Assembly (NCBI GenBank): GCA_977862235.1
Contig: OZ374559.1
Location: forward strand, 1,178,001 to 1,242,000
DNA: 64,000 nt
DNA from: Dudresnaya verticillata
Lineage: Eukaryota
Direction of reading: 5' to 3'
Position numbers and translations under genes: made by a program. Numbering within the stretch: position 1 is the stretch's first letter; the number at the start of each line of letters is the position of its first letter. Of this stretch, positions 21,197-33,369 are shown piece by piece. The notes below the pieces were generated by a model that worked only from the letters and a program-made list of their open reading frames with translations, ran no database searches and was not told the origin of the DNA.

Positions 21197-21613
21197 CGCC
21201 CTCCCTCCCTAAGTATTTGACACTCACAAGTTCATCCTTTTCCTCCTCCTTCCTATACCTTGACAAGAGCGCGCCTAGAAGTGCTTCTATCCTCTTATAT
21301 TAGATGTCATCGGTTTGTCAAATGGAGTTCTATTTACAAGTAAAGGCTTCCATTTCTTTTCAAGGCAGCCTTCTTTTCACCACGGGTCATCGTCAGAATA
21401 CAATCCTACTGACGAGGAATGATATTCCTTGTCTTCAACGCCACACGACGTTGGATTCTACAGATGAACTTCATCTTGACAAACCCGAGAGGCCCCAGGG
21501 TAAAGAAAACATTATAGATAAGCAAACGCTCTCTTCTCTCTGCAGATAACAAAGTATGTACTGAATGGACTGCAAGAAAGTCCATTCCAGATGATTTTTC
21601 CTAACTCACCTGG

Positions 21614-24600
21614 TTACATCGTGACTCTCAATTTCACCTTCTCTCTCTCAGTCTCTCTCTCTCTCTCTCTGTTGGTTCTCTTTCTCTTCGCTCTTGGCGC
21701 TTTCCTGTCCTCTTTGTCCGAAGTTCTCGGGCGCTTCTGTTTCCGACATGCCCGATTCCGCCAGAAACCCTCGTGCCCCCTCCACATCTACGCATCCGGA
21801 CTCTAAGTCTGCTACATTCACCGCCCTCACACGTGCAGCCATTGATTTCCTCAGCTTAAGTGCACCCTTGTTGGCGACCGTCGATCTCGCTAACGACACC
21901 GCGATAGCTCAGTTTGCTGCTATCCTGACGCAGTTGCCAGCTGTTGAAGGTTTACTTCCGCTGTTTCGCCGGGGAACCCAGTTCGGCGGTGTCATTCGCC
22001 TCTTATCGATTATCTCCGACCCTTCCGCCCATTTCATCTCTCCCGCCACTGCTCCCGCCGCCTCTTCCCCAGATTCGCCTCGACCCTATCTCGCCGCCCT
22101 TTCCACTCACGTGCCCAAACGTCCTGTCGGCCAGCTTCCTATGCTTGGACGTCATTGAAAGCAAGCTCCCACACATCCGTCTCAACAGCCTATCTCTCGT
22201 CGCCTGGAGAGTGATGTCCGCCGCATTAACCGCACCCTCGTCGGCTCACACGCTAAACGCTTGTTTAAGGTTTCTACTGCCGCCAACGCTAGTCCTTTCG
22301 ACTCCCTCGCTCACTTCCGCTCTACCCTGAAAGTCGGGGGCTTTCCTGGCCCTTGTTCAATCATCACCACGGATAGTGCACGAGATTTCTATGTTTGTGC
22401 GGGGGCCGCAGGCCTTCCTCATGTTGCTTCCGCGTATACTACATTTCGGGACTACGCGAAGGATGCTGATGCTGTTGTTGTCCCGACCATTTCGGTGTCG
22501 CCGGTCCTCGATTTGACTACCTCCGTGACTGATTTAGACGATATCGCAGCCATTACGACCTCTCTCCGCACCGAAATCACCCGACTTGAAGCCCCTGATT
22601 GTTCTTAGCGCCCTGCTCCCTTCTTCTCCGGAGCACTGCGCCATGTCGAAAGCTCTCTCTTTGCTAACCTCCTCACGGCTGGTAGGGCGCAACAGGGTCA
22701 TGCGTTCCCGCTTTGCGAGCTTCCACTCGCCGCCAAGCAACGTCGGTACGGGTTACCCCGATCGCGTCCTTCTGGAGATCCTGTCCTCGATTCGGATGGG
22801 TTCCAGCTGGTTCGTCGCTCGAATCGTGATGCTGTAGATGCCCCGGCCTTGGTTCCTCGCCGTCCTGCAATCTCGCCCCCTTTGGCCTCCAATGACTGTC
22901 CTGGAGACATCCCCATGGACACAGCACCTGAACCCGTTCTTTCCAGCCACCAATGACCTTTCCCACTGTGGGTGCTTTTCCTCCTCTGGATTCTATTTTT
23001 GATACCCATATTCCTACTCTGACATACATCCCCAACTCTTTGCGATTACCTATAATCGATCTCTATTACTACCTGTTACATTCGTTTAATTCTGCAAACA
23101 CTTCTCTTCTCCAATAACAGGCATTTGAGCGTCTTCTTGCCACTCCGAAGTTGGTACTCCGCAAAAATGGCCGGCACGAGCCTCGCAACCGCAACAACCG
23201 CTCCTTGCACAACAGTATTCGCCACCGAGTCCATCTGGCCATGCGCGGTGAATGGACTCAGTTATATTCTGAAGCTCAAGTTGCACATCTACGTTCACGC
23301 CTGCCACCACCTCACCTTCCTTCCGTTGCGGAGCTTCGCTTGAGACGCTGTCGTAATGCGTTCAGGGATGGCTCCTTATCTAAAGCCTGTGCGATTCTCA
23401 CCGAGGATTCGGTTCCTGCTCAACCCACAGCACTCAACGCCCGTCTGCTTCAAGATTTACATCCCGCTCCGAAACGCCCTGTTGTTCCTCTTGATTCCAT
23501 TCAGCTCCCCCTGCGCTTCAATTTGAAGAGGCTGAAGTTCGCAAGGGTTTACTCTCCATGCCAAGAGCCTCTTATCCTGGCCGTGATGGCCTTCGTCCCG
23601 CTGTCTTCAAAATCCTAGCTTCTACGCTGGGTGGTTCCGATCCGTCGCGGTCTGTGCTGGCAGAGCTAACGTTGTTTGTTAACCATGCCGTCAATGGGCA
23701 CTTGCCAGCAGCTTGTCATTCATTTCTAGCTGGTGGCACTCTCATCGGCCTCCCTAAGGCTAACAACTCTCGGTTGCGTCCTACAGCCGTTTCAGTGCTT
23801 CTTAGGCGTTTTATCAGTCGAATAATTACCTTTAAGGTTACTCGTGATCCTGTATTGCAGTCCTTCCTCTGCCCTCTTCAACTTTCTGTAGGCGTTTCAG
23901 GGGGTGCAGAAGCGATCATACATGCTTCACGCTATTTAGTGACTCGACTACGTGATTTAGACATGGTACTCTGGAGCGTGGATGCTGCGAATGCATTCAA
24001 TGCCATCGAGCGAAGTTTGATACTCTCAGAAGTGGTGCTGCATTGCCCGGGTCTGGCAAAGTGGATCCATTTTATATACGGCCGTGGCTCTGTACTACAC
24101 TTGGATCATTCCTTGTCCATAGTCGATCTGGCACTCATCAGGGTGATCCACTTAGCCCTCTATTGTTTGCATTGGTCCTGCAACCTCTCTTGTGTCTCCT
24201 TCGTACCCGTTTCTCTATGCCTTTGCAGGTATTTTTCGCCGATGATGGAACTCTCCTCCTACCTCGCAGTATGCTCGGTTCAGTTCTTTCTTTCCTCGCA
24301 ACGGAAGGATCTAAGATTGGGTTCCATCTCAATCTTTCCAAAACCACTGCTTGGTGGTGGTGCCGTCCCTCTCGAATCCCTGTCACTACTAACGGGTGCC
24401 ATGTTACTATATCTCACGATGATGCTCCAACTGTGCTCGGCTCTCCTATCGGACACTCTGCTGGTTGCGAAGCCCAGTTTCACTCCCGACGGGTCAGGGA
24501 AACACGTCTATTGGAAGCGCTTCCAACTCTAAATGACCCACAAATGGCCTATCATCTCTTGCGCTATTGATCCGGTGCTTGCAAGCTGATCTATACCCTA

Positions 24601-25888
24601 CGAACTGCCCCGCCGCATCTAACGTTTCCTGAGGCCGATCTATTCGACCAAGGGCAGCGAAGGGCATTCGAACGTATTCATCACTCGCTTCCCGACGATT
24701 CCTGAACTTGTGCGACACTCCCGCTTGAATATGGGGCTTGGCCTCACCTCTACTACCACGCTTGTCGAGCTTTCTTATATCAGTTCTGTAATGGGGGTTT
24801 GGGCTTTGTTCACTACTTTGATCTCGCCTGCCCTTTCCATGTTCTCTCGCACCGACTCACGGCCGCGGAGTTTGGCTCGAACCTGTAATGCCCTGTGTAC
24901 TCGGTTCGGATTATCTAGCGATTATCACTTTTCAGCTCTCCTCTCTCGCAACCGAAAGCGAGGTTACATCCCCCACTTGCAAGAAGAACTCTCCGCGAAG
25001 GTTCACGCTCGTTTGGTGGATAATTACTGGCCCTCCATCCGTTCGACTGAGAGAGAAGATCGTGTGAAAAGGGCCCGACTTCTCTCATGTGGTAGTTTGG
25101 AATCTCGAATGGCCTTTACCGCATTCCCTGATCCACGCCGAGGCACCTCTGTGTCACCTGCTATATGGGCTACCATGATCGACTTGCGTTTGGGCGCACC
25201 TGTATTTGCGCCAGATCTCCCTTGTTCTGCGTGTCTATCCGTTTCTGGTCGCGTGGCTTCCCTTGACCGTTTGGGGTATCATGCTTCGACATGTCCCTGT
25301 GCCCATGGGTCCACTCCTCGTCACAATTCTATTAGGGATCTCCTTTTCTCTCGTCTCCGTCACCCGTCTATCGGGCTTTCTGTCACGAGAGAGCAGTCCT
25401 TTCATCTACAGGGCGATCTTCAACGATTGGACTTGGTGTTGGATGATCCCGCCTTTTCTGATTCATGCATTGGTTATGACCTTACTATTGTGACTCCCTC
25501 TACTGCTCGCGCTGTATCCAAGGCATCTGAAATTCCTGCAGGGGCCGCCCAAGTCGCTGAACGGGACAAGCATCGCAAGTATCGCACTGCTTGTGCAGCA
25601 CATTGTATTACGTTTCAGCCGCTGGGATTCGACATTCACGGAGGCATTGGCCCCGAATGCCGTAGCGCACTTCAAAAGCTCGCTTCTTTCCTGGCCACGC
25701 GCCGGGGAACACATCCTACTACTGAATACCATTCGTTAGTTTCACCACTGGTTTCCCGCATTCTCCAGCTCACCGCCCTCGCCGTGAATCGTCGACGTCC
25801 CGTTAGTCCAGGCCTTCCAGTAGTCATCAGTGGCTAATTCATTAGGATTTCCGCTGTTCGTCTTGCTTCAATAAAGTTGTGATGATGA
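21614..25888 (+). mobile_element. CRE-like non-LTR retrotransposon (RT plus restriction-like endonuclease), frameshifted
   Basis: Fragments read LPKANNSRLRP, QLSVGVSGGAEAIIH, VDAANAFN, GTHQGDPLSPLLF, FADDG, then CxxC..HxxxC, RHNSIRD, RLD..YDLTIV..AERDKHRKY; ends AATAAA and (TGA)n. The 5' boundary is set by loss of match to the paralogous flank at 31738. Confidence 0.88.
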
Positions 25889-26709
25889 TAGGTATGTTCG
25901 TTGATCAATAGGAGGGCATTATGAGAAATATAGCCTAATTCAACCAGTTACTTCCAACACACAAACGATCTACTTCATTTGATCCCATCCCTTTGCATGG
26001 TTTACTTCACAACCCGGCCATAACTGGTCTCGAAGTCGGACATGACCCTCATTTCCATTTCTAGATAAAGCTAAGACGGGCTTAGTTGCCGCGATTTTTC
26101 GAGCTTTGTATCCCCTTGTTTATTGTGTTTTAGTGGTTCTGCGAGAACCGTACTCATCTCGTGATCTGTGGCGACTGTTAATGTGTATATCTCCAAAAGT
26201 ATACTTTCAAAGACAAAAATAAATCGCCTCATCTGAAGTAACAATGTGACCATGACCTCAAGACTGATGTTGTTTAAGAACATGCGAGATTCGGTGAATT
26301 TCAAACAACTTCAACAACTCGTCTGACCCAAAGTATCTTATTATCTGAATGTTTCAGGACAGCTCTGGAACGCTGCACAAAAACCGTTCCCGGCTTCCAC
26401 GACTATATCCGAATGTTCTCACCCCCCCAGCACAATTCTACACGTGAAATACAATAGAGATTGTTTTGAATATGCGAGATTCAAGTTCCCCAAACAGAGC
26501 CACCAATCATACAGATATATTCAGATCTTTCAAGACCTTACTACTCAGAAGGAATTATCAGCTTAATGCAGGTAAACTAATAACTACAACCATAATATCA
26601 TCTGTAGCACAGCAACGTCTTCGAATAAACACGTGTTTGCCACATTATCTAGTCTAACACACACAGATCTATATGGTTCATCGCTTATCTCCAGTCAGGG
26701 AGGGGAGTC

Positions 26710-29496
26710 CATGGCCGTATTTGTGACTGACTGACTGACTGGCATAAAATATAGGTGACTTTTGTCTGACTGACTCTCCCCTTTTCGCGAACTGACTAAA
26801 CGCTGGATACAGAAAAGACACGTGGTGATCTGTACATGTGTCCCCGGTGTACAACGTGGAGAGCATGTGCTGGTGGCTGCCGCCGGCGGAGAGCATGCCG
26901 CGTCAAACCAATCTACGATCTGCTGGGATGTGAGCACTGAACAAAGTATCGCCCTCGACTTTAGCAACGATTGTGACGTTCGAAAACGATTCTCACACTA
27001 CCTTCCACGCGCCTTCATCCCACCCACAGCCCCCATCAACGTCTTTCCCATCTTCTGAGACATGCAACGACGCTCCGAGACGCCTCCAGACTCACCGGAC
27101 AACGGCAGCACAGTCGAAATAACCGCCAAACGCGTCGTTCAAGAACAGCTGGAAACACAAAAACGTCGCAGAACAGCTGCGAACGGCCGCGGTTCAAGCT
27201 CAAAAACCTCGGTATGGAGCACAGTTGCTGCCGCGCTCGACAGCGTTGATGGACATTTCAGCTTTCGATGTGCAACCTGTGACTTCGTCGGTCGAATGAA
27301 TAAGAATCAATCGACAAGTAATATCATCGACCATTACAAGACCCATCACTCCGCACTGTATCTTGAAGTCGTGGCCCTTAACAAGAAAAAAGCCACACAG
27401 GCGACGATAGCGAACCGTATCAACAATTATCGCCGGCGTTGCTTGGCTCAGCGTCAGAATGCTTCGGTGAGTCGCTTCTTTTGTCAGGGAAGGATCAGAG
27501 TTTCCGATGTTTCGCTCCCGTCCCCCGGGAATAACTTATATCTCGCACCCCCGAAGACAATTCAAGCTGTCGCCGCTGTCATGTTTGCATGCGCAACGGA
27601 GGCTCCGTGTTCGAATATTGTTTCACCTATGCTGCAAGGCCTTGTCGATGTTTTTGGTGGTCGAATGCAGTTTAGCAGCAAGCAACCGACGGAGAAAATG
27701 CTTTTCCAGACGTACGCTGCGGTCTGCAATATTCTGGGGTCGTCGGTGGCTGATGAGAAGGCCGGATGTATCACCGTGGATGGGTGGAGCGCTGCACTGC
27801 GGGCCCCAATTCTCGGGATTACCTGGCACTACGTCGATGAGAACTGGAAAATGAGTTGCATTCCCATTGCCACACTAAACATGGGTACCGCGGCGAGAAC
27901 AGGAGAACAGATGCGCTGCATCATTGAGGAAATTTTGTCGGAGAATGCTGTGGTTGGATCCGACGATATCAAGGTTCACACTGGAACAAGCAACAATGAG
28001 GCGGCAACAGCGCTAGCCGTCGATCTTCTCACCAACTACGTGGGCTCTGTGCGGTGCGTCGTTCATACCTTGGCCCTTTGCGTGAACGATGTCTTCGAGA
28101 ACGGCACACCTTGGCAGAAATATCTCGATCATGTTAACAAGATCACCTCGTATTTCAACCATCACCAGAAGGCAGCGCAACTACTGATGATGAAGCAATT
28201 GGAAGAGGGAGTGACTCGCGATCGTCTCAAGAGACTCAAACACGACGTACCAACAAGATGGCATTCCAAACTGGCGGCCATGTCCGCATATTTGTGCAGG
28301 CTTGAATCCATTTCGGCAGTTGCACAGGAGTTGAGCATACCCCCGGCCGACTTGCCGTCACTTACCTCCGAGCAGCAGGACGTGCTTGCAGAGTTCATTA
28401 CCGTTCTCACGGAAGTCCGACGTGTTGCAATACAGCTGGAGGCGGATAAGAAGGTGACAATGTCAAGGGCGCCAAGACTTCTGCGGGAACTGTACGAAAC
28501 GTTGTTGATAATGTCTGGCAGCATGCTGCCATTTGGCAGTGGTTCCACAGATGCGTAATGTTTGGCACAGACGCGAATGACACGGACTACATACTAGACG
28601 TCCGTGCACTGCCGTCGCGTAGCAGCGTTGCTTTATACGACAAAGAAAGGGATGAAGTTCGTCTGGTTCGTTTGCGTAAAACGCATCCGCAGTCCCTTGC
28701 TATCAAGCTTGCGGACCGCATTGAGTCCCGTCTCGGTGCCTTTGGCAGCGTGCCGATCCTGCGGCAGCTTCATGGACCCCATTCACAACCGGAGGAGACC
28801 ACCTTGAAGGTGACATGCAGAAAGCGCGTCGCGTCATTCTGTTCCACATCGCTGCAGTTATGGACGTGAACGAGTGCGCTCTCGATTTCTTGGACTGCTC
28901 GGAGGAAGACAAAGACGCATACGTGAAGGTCCTGTGCAAGGCAGTGGTTCGGGAAGCTCTCGAGATAGAAGAGTCGCTATCCCCCAGCGCCGCCGACCTG
29001 GAAGTTGTGTACAGTATGTTTTACAACGAAATGCGCGAAAGTTTGATCAGCACCGGTAGGAAAGAGCCCGGTCGGGCGCTGTCGTACTGGAGGGACGTGA
29101 ACCAAGAAAGAGGAATGATTAGCCCAGTGCCATTCAACACTGTTGCCAGGGCTGCACTTTCCGCTCAAGCTTCCTCAGCCCCAGCCGAGCGTCTCTTCAG
29201 TGATCTGGGAAGACGTGAAGGAAATCAGAGCCAGTCTTTGCTAACAAGTACGCTGGAAATGTCTGAGATGATTCGCGTGTTCGTGAAAAGCGAGCTGCAG
29301 GAGATCAGATTACCTCAAGAGGGGTTGCTGCACCCGCAGGCAGCCAACTTTAAGCGTTTAGTGCATAAAGTTGCCGCGAAAGTTGTAGATATGTAAAGAT
29401 GACTGCTATTTGACTGAATATGACTGACTTGGTATAAAAAGGGCATGACTATGACTTTCCAAACCTCTGTTTTCGGTAGTCACAAATACGACCCTG
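26710..29496 (+). mobile_element. hAT DNA transposon
   Basis: 19-bp TIRs (CATGGCCGTATTTGTGACT / AGTCACAAATACGACCCTG, 2 mismatches); 8-bp TSD GGGGAGTC at 26702-26709 and 29497-29504; subterminal TGAC repeats. Confidence 0.95.
27062..29396 (+). pseudogene. hAT transposase, broken by stop/frameshifts at about 28558 and 28735
   Basis: BED-like CATC..HYKTHH, TVDGWS, RCVVHTLAL, VPTRWHS, ASSAPAERLFS; the second Asp position reads TSNN. Confidence 0.88.
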
Positions 29497-29805
29497 GGGG
29501 AGTCGTAGATGCTCAAGGGGAAAGGCTTTTCACAAAGCAATTCAGAATGATTCACTCAATGGGGATATCTACATCTATAAAGAAACTGGACATGGAACTG
29601 CTGTTCAGCGACCGCGTTCTCTATATAAAGCGAAAGATCGAATCCAGACAACGACCTCTGCGAGACAACAACACAAACCGACCATCGATACCATCAAAGC
29701 CCAGCCTCGAGAAATCCACGTTGCCTCAAGCTCCATTAGAGAAACGCATTTCCAAGCTACTGTGATCAGAAGGTGTTCGACCAGCACAACTCCCACAAAA
29801 TCGCC

Positions 29806-30537
29806 ATGAATGTTACCATCCTGTTCTTCACCATTGCTTTGTTGGCATGTGCCTTCGCTACACCCCAGGTCGTCATTGACAGCATCAGGGTTCTTGACGA
29901 TGCTGAACTGCAGGATTTTGCAATTGTGCCCAATCTAACTCGTGCTCCATCTGAGGTCGCAGTTTATGCTGTCCATAGCACGGAATCCGGATACGCCCGT
30001 ACCACCAACGTCGGGCTTACTGTGCAGAAGGGCACCAGTGGGACTCTGCACTTCAGAATTCATGTATACACGGCGACGGCTTCAGTTTTAGACGAGCTTT
30101 CTGAGGAATACGAGAAGTCACTCACTAAGACTGAACTGAAGACCTTGCAAATTCAGAAAAAGCTCTCCACAGGGGCTTACGATATTCCATGGCTGAAGAC
30201 TCTCGGCATCGATCTCGATAAGGGCACCAGTCAATATGACTTGGAGCGGGAGTTCCAATTGCAGAACCGTTACAATAATCGGTCAACTACAGCTAAGAAA
30301 CTGCTCAAGAGTGTTATTGAGCAGAATCTTGAGGTGACTGGTCATCTTACTGCACATGGTATCAGCTACGTCCCAACTACCGTTTATTCGTTCATCAAGT
30401 TTGCGAGGATATATCTCACAGACGGTACCTACAAGACAGTTATCTCCAACCATCCAGGAAGTCTGGAAGCCGCTACTAAGGACGGTAAGAGCGTTGCTCC
30501 TTCAGACAACGGCGGGATCAAGATTATGTCGCTCTAA
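29806..30537 (+). CDS. Secreted protein family, copy B
   Basis: 243 aa; two amino-acid differences from copy A. Confidence 0.88.
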   Translation: MNVTILFFTIALLACAFATPQVVIDSIRVLDDAELQDFAIVPNLTRAPSEVAVYAVHSTESGYARTTNVGLTVQKGTSGTLHFRIHVYTATASVLDELSEEYEKSLTKTELKTLQIQKKLSTGAYDIPWLKTLGIDLDKGTSQYDLEREFQLQNRYNNRSTTAKKLLKSVIEQNLEVTGHLTAHGISYVPTTVYSFIKFARIYLTDGTYKTVISNHPGSLEAATKDGKSVAPSDNGGIKIMSL

Positions 30538-32637
30538 GTGTTGAGACTTGAGAGCTGTGGCTTGATGGATTGCAACCTGGTTACGATACAAATCTAGAAT
30601 CCAAGAAAGATCTATTATAGAGCACGCGAGGGTGAGCATTGCATATATTTTCGCGTGGTATAGTTGGTCGATTGCACCTTGACATGTAAATGTACTGTTG
30701 TCATATCTGATATAAGAGGCGGGGTTTTCAGCTACATGGTTTCTAGAACAGGTAGCGAACTTCTTCAAAGGTAGTACGAGAATTGCCCAGACGTCAAGGA
30801 AATCGTGTCTTGTATTTCTCTGAGCATTCTGCTTTCATTCATTATGAATATATGAATAAAGCATTCATTAGGGGTTTCCGCCGTTCGTCTTGCTTCAACA
30901 AAGTTGTGATGATGATGAGCAGTCTGCAATAACCAAGAGATAGAGATGGAGACCTTTATGCATAGCAATAACCAATAGACACAATTTATTTTAATCTATG
31001 AAATCAATAGACTGGTTAGAACATTTTCCCGTCGTCGTATGCGGGAGCCTGTCAGGAGGATTTGCTTGGAATGCCACCGCAGCAAGGGAGGGCTGGAGCG
31101 GCAGTTGGTGAGAAGTGTCGAAGGAATGGGATCTCTCATCTCTCGAATGGTCCGCGCGTGTGGTCACAACGTGACACCAAAATGTGCATCGTGTTGGAGA
31201 CTATAGCACCGAGTCATATTGCTGCAATGTAGTTCTGCTTAGGTCTAGCTGCTATGTAGCTCTCTCCTGTCACCACCGCCGCCGCCGTCGTCGTCGCTGT
31301 CTCTATTGACAAGTAGACAACGCAACGGGTATTTGTGCGCGCGGCGGGGGCGGAGGCAGAGTGTCGTTAAGGGTAGAGATCTTCACAACCTCTAACGAAC
31401 ATCCAGTTTCATCGTAGACCAGACGAGGCTTGGAACAAGACGCAATGGCCGTTCAGCGTACTCTCCGGGAGTTTTCGTATCTTTTCCAAGGCAGCCTTTT
31501 TTCACCACGGGTCATCGTCAGAGTACAATCCTACTGACGAGGAATGATATTCCTTGTCTTCAACGCCAAACGACGTTGGATTCTACAGATGAACATCATC
31601 TTGACAAACCCGAGAGGCCTCAGGGTAAAGAAAACAGTATAGATAAGAAAGCGCTCTCTTCTCTCTGCAGATAACAAAGTATGTACTGACTGGACTGCAA
31701 GAAAGTCCATTCCAGATGGTTTTTCCTAACTCACCTGGAAGGCCCCCCAGCGCGCATGCCAATAGTAGCCGTGAATCGCTCCAATACCAGCTTATGGGCT
31801 TCTTTACTATCGCTTAAAGCAGTTCTGGTTACCCCTGAAGGATCGGTAGGTTGTTCCTTCTTTACGTAAAGTGTTCTACTACTGGTTACGCACAATAGAG
31901 AAATTGCTCCAACCAATCTAACCCAGGCCAAGTTCTGAATCCTCCCAGCTGTATTCGCCATTTCTAGCCAGTGCGGTGCCCAGGACAAGGCCTAGGGACT
32001 GCCCGCACCTTCAACTTAAAGTGCTCCGAATTTCGGTCTTTAGAATAAACTACCACGTCGCAGGTGAAGAGCGGATGGGAGGGAAACAAGAACAGCGGAA
32101 CAGCGGATGCTGACCACGGAGAGTTTTGAGGAGGAGCGCGAGCACATTGACTCCACGCAATGTGGGCAGCGGATGTGCCGCAGGCTACAGTAAAATCATG
32201 CGGTTTCTGGAACGTCTCAACGCCGTTAAACTCGCTCCTCCACCTCTTTACGGTAGCTCTGATTCCGTAAAGCCCCCTTAAGGGGCTACTCTCTTGTTCT
32301 TTAATAAAGGCCTCTCTCTCTCTCTCTCTCCGTTAAACTCCGGAGAAAACTCCGCTTCAGCCACAATAAAATGAGAAGCTCCCGCTACTTAAGTCATTTG
32401 GTAATGTAAGCAGATCCCCTTCATATTCGTTCCTCGAAACGCCAAAACTTTGCATTGGAGGAATATATGACAACAGTACCTTTACATATGTATCAAGGTG
32501 CAATCGACCAACTATGCCACGCGAAAATATATGCAATGCTCACCCTCGCATGCTCTCTAATATATCTTACTTGGAATCCAGATTTGTATCGTAACCAGGT
32601 TGCAATCCATCAAGCCACAGCTCTCAAGTCTCAACAC

Positions 32638-33369
32638 TTAGAGCGACATAATCTTGATCCCGCCATTGTCTGAAGGAGCAACGCTCTTACCGTCCTTAGT
32701 AGCGGCTTCCAGACTACCTGCATGCTTGGAGATAACTGTCTTGTAGGTGCCGTCTGTGAGATATATCCTCGCAAACTTGATGAACGAATAGACGGTAGTT
32801 GGGATGTAGCTGATACCATGTGCAGTAAGATGACCAGTCACCTCAAGATTCTGCTCAATAACACTCTTGAGCAGTTTCTTAGCTGTAGTTGACCGATTAT
32901 TGTAACGGTTCTGCAATTGGAACTCCCGCTCCAAGTCATATTGACTGGTGCCCTTATCGAGATCGATGCCGAGAGTCTTCAGCCACGGAATATCGTAAGC
33001 TCCTTTGGAGAGCTTCTTCTGAGCGTTCAAGCGCTTCAGCTCAGTCTTAGTGAGGGACTTCTCGTATTCTTTAGAAAGCTCGTGTAAAACTGATGTCGTC
33101 GTTGCGTATACCTGAATTCTGAAGTGCAGAGTCCCACTGGTGCCTTTCTGCACAGTAAGCCCGACATTGGTGGTACGGGCGTATCCGGACTTCGTGCTAT
33201 GGACGGCATAAACTGCGACCTCAGATGGAGCACGAGTTAGATTGGGCACAATTGCAAAGTCCTGTAGTTCAGCGTCGTCAAGAACCCTGATGCTGTCAAT
33301 GACGACCTGGGGTGTAGCGAAGGCACACCCAAACAAAGCAATAATGATGAACGAAGTTTTGAGGGCCAT
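32638..33369 (-). CDS. Secreted protein family, copy C
   Basis: 243 aa; alternative signal peptide MALKTSFIIIALFGCAFA; basic central block. Confidence 0.88.
   Translation of the reverse strand: MALKTSFIIIALFGCAFATPQVVIDSIRVLDDAELQDFAIVPNLTRAPSEVAVYAVHSTKSGYARTTNVGLTVQKGTSGTLHFRIQVYATTTSVLHELSKEYEKSLTKTELKRLNAQKKLSKGAYDIPWLKTLGIDLDKGTSQYDLEREFQLQNRYNNRSTTAKKLLKSVIEQNLEVTGHLTAHGISYIPTTVYSFIKFARIYLTDGTYKTVISKHAGSLEAATKDGKSVAPSDNGGIKIMSL

Larger units (their letters stand above)
16837..21362 (+). mobile_element. Tyrosine-recombinase retrotransposon, copy YR-2, apparently intact
   Basis: A1 16837-17161, A2 20869-21196, tail to 21361; three open overlapping ORFs; empty site CTTTTCCAAGGCAG at 31481 and (minus strand) near 44445. 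Confidence 0.95.
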
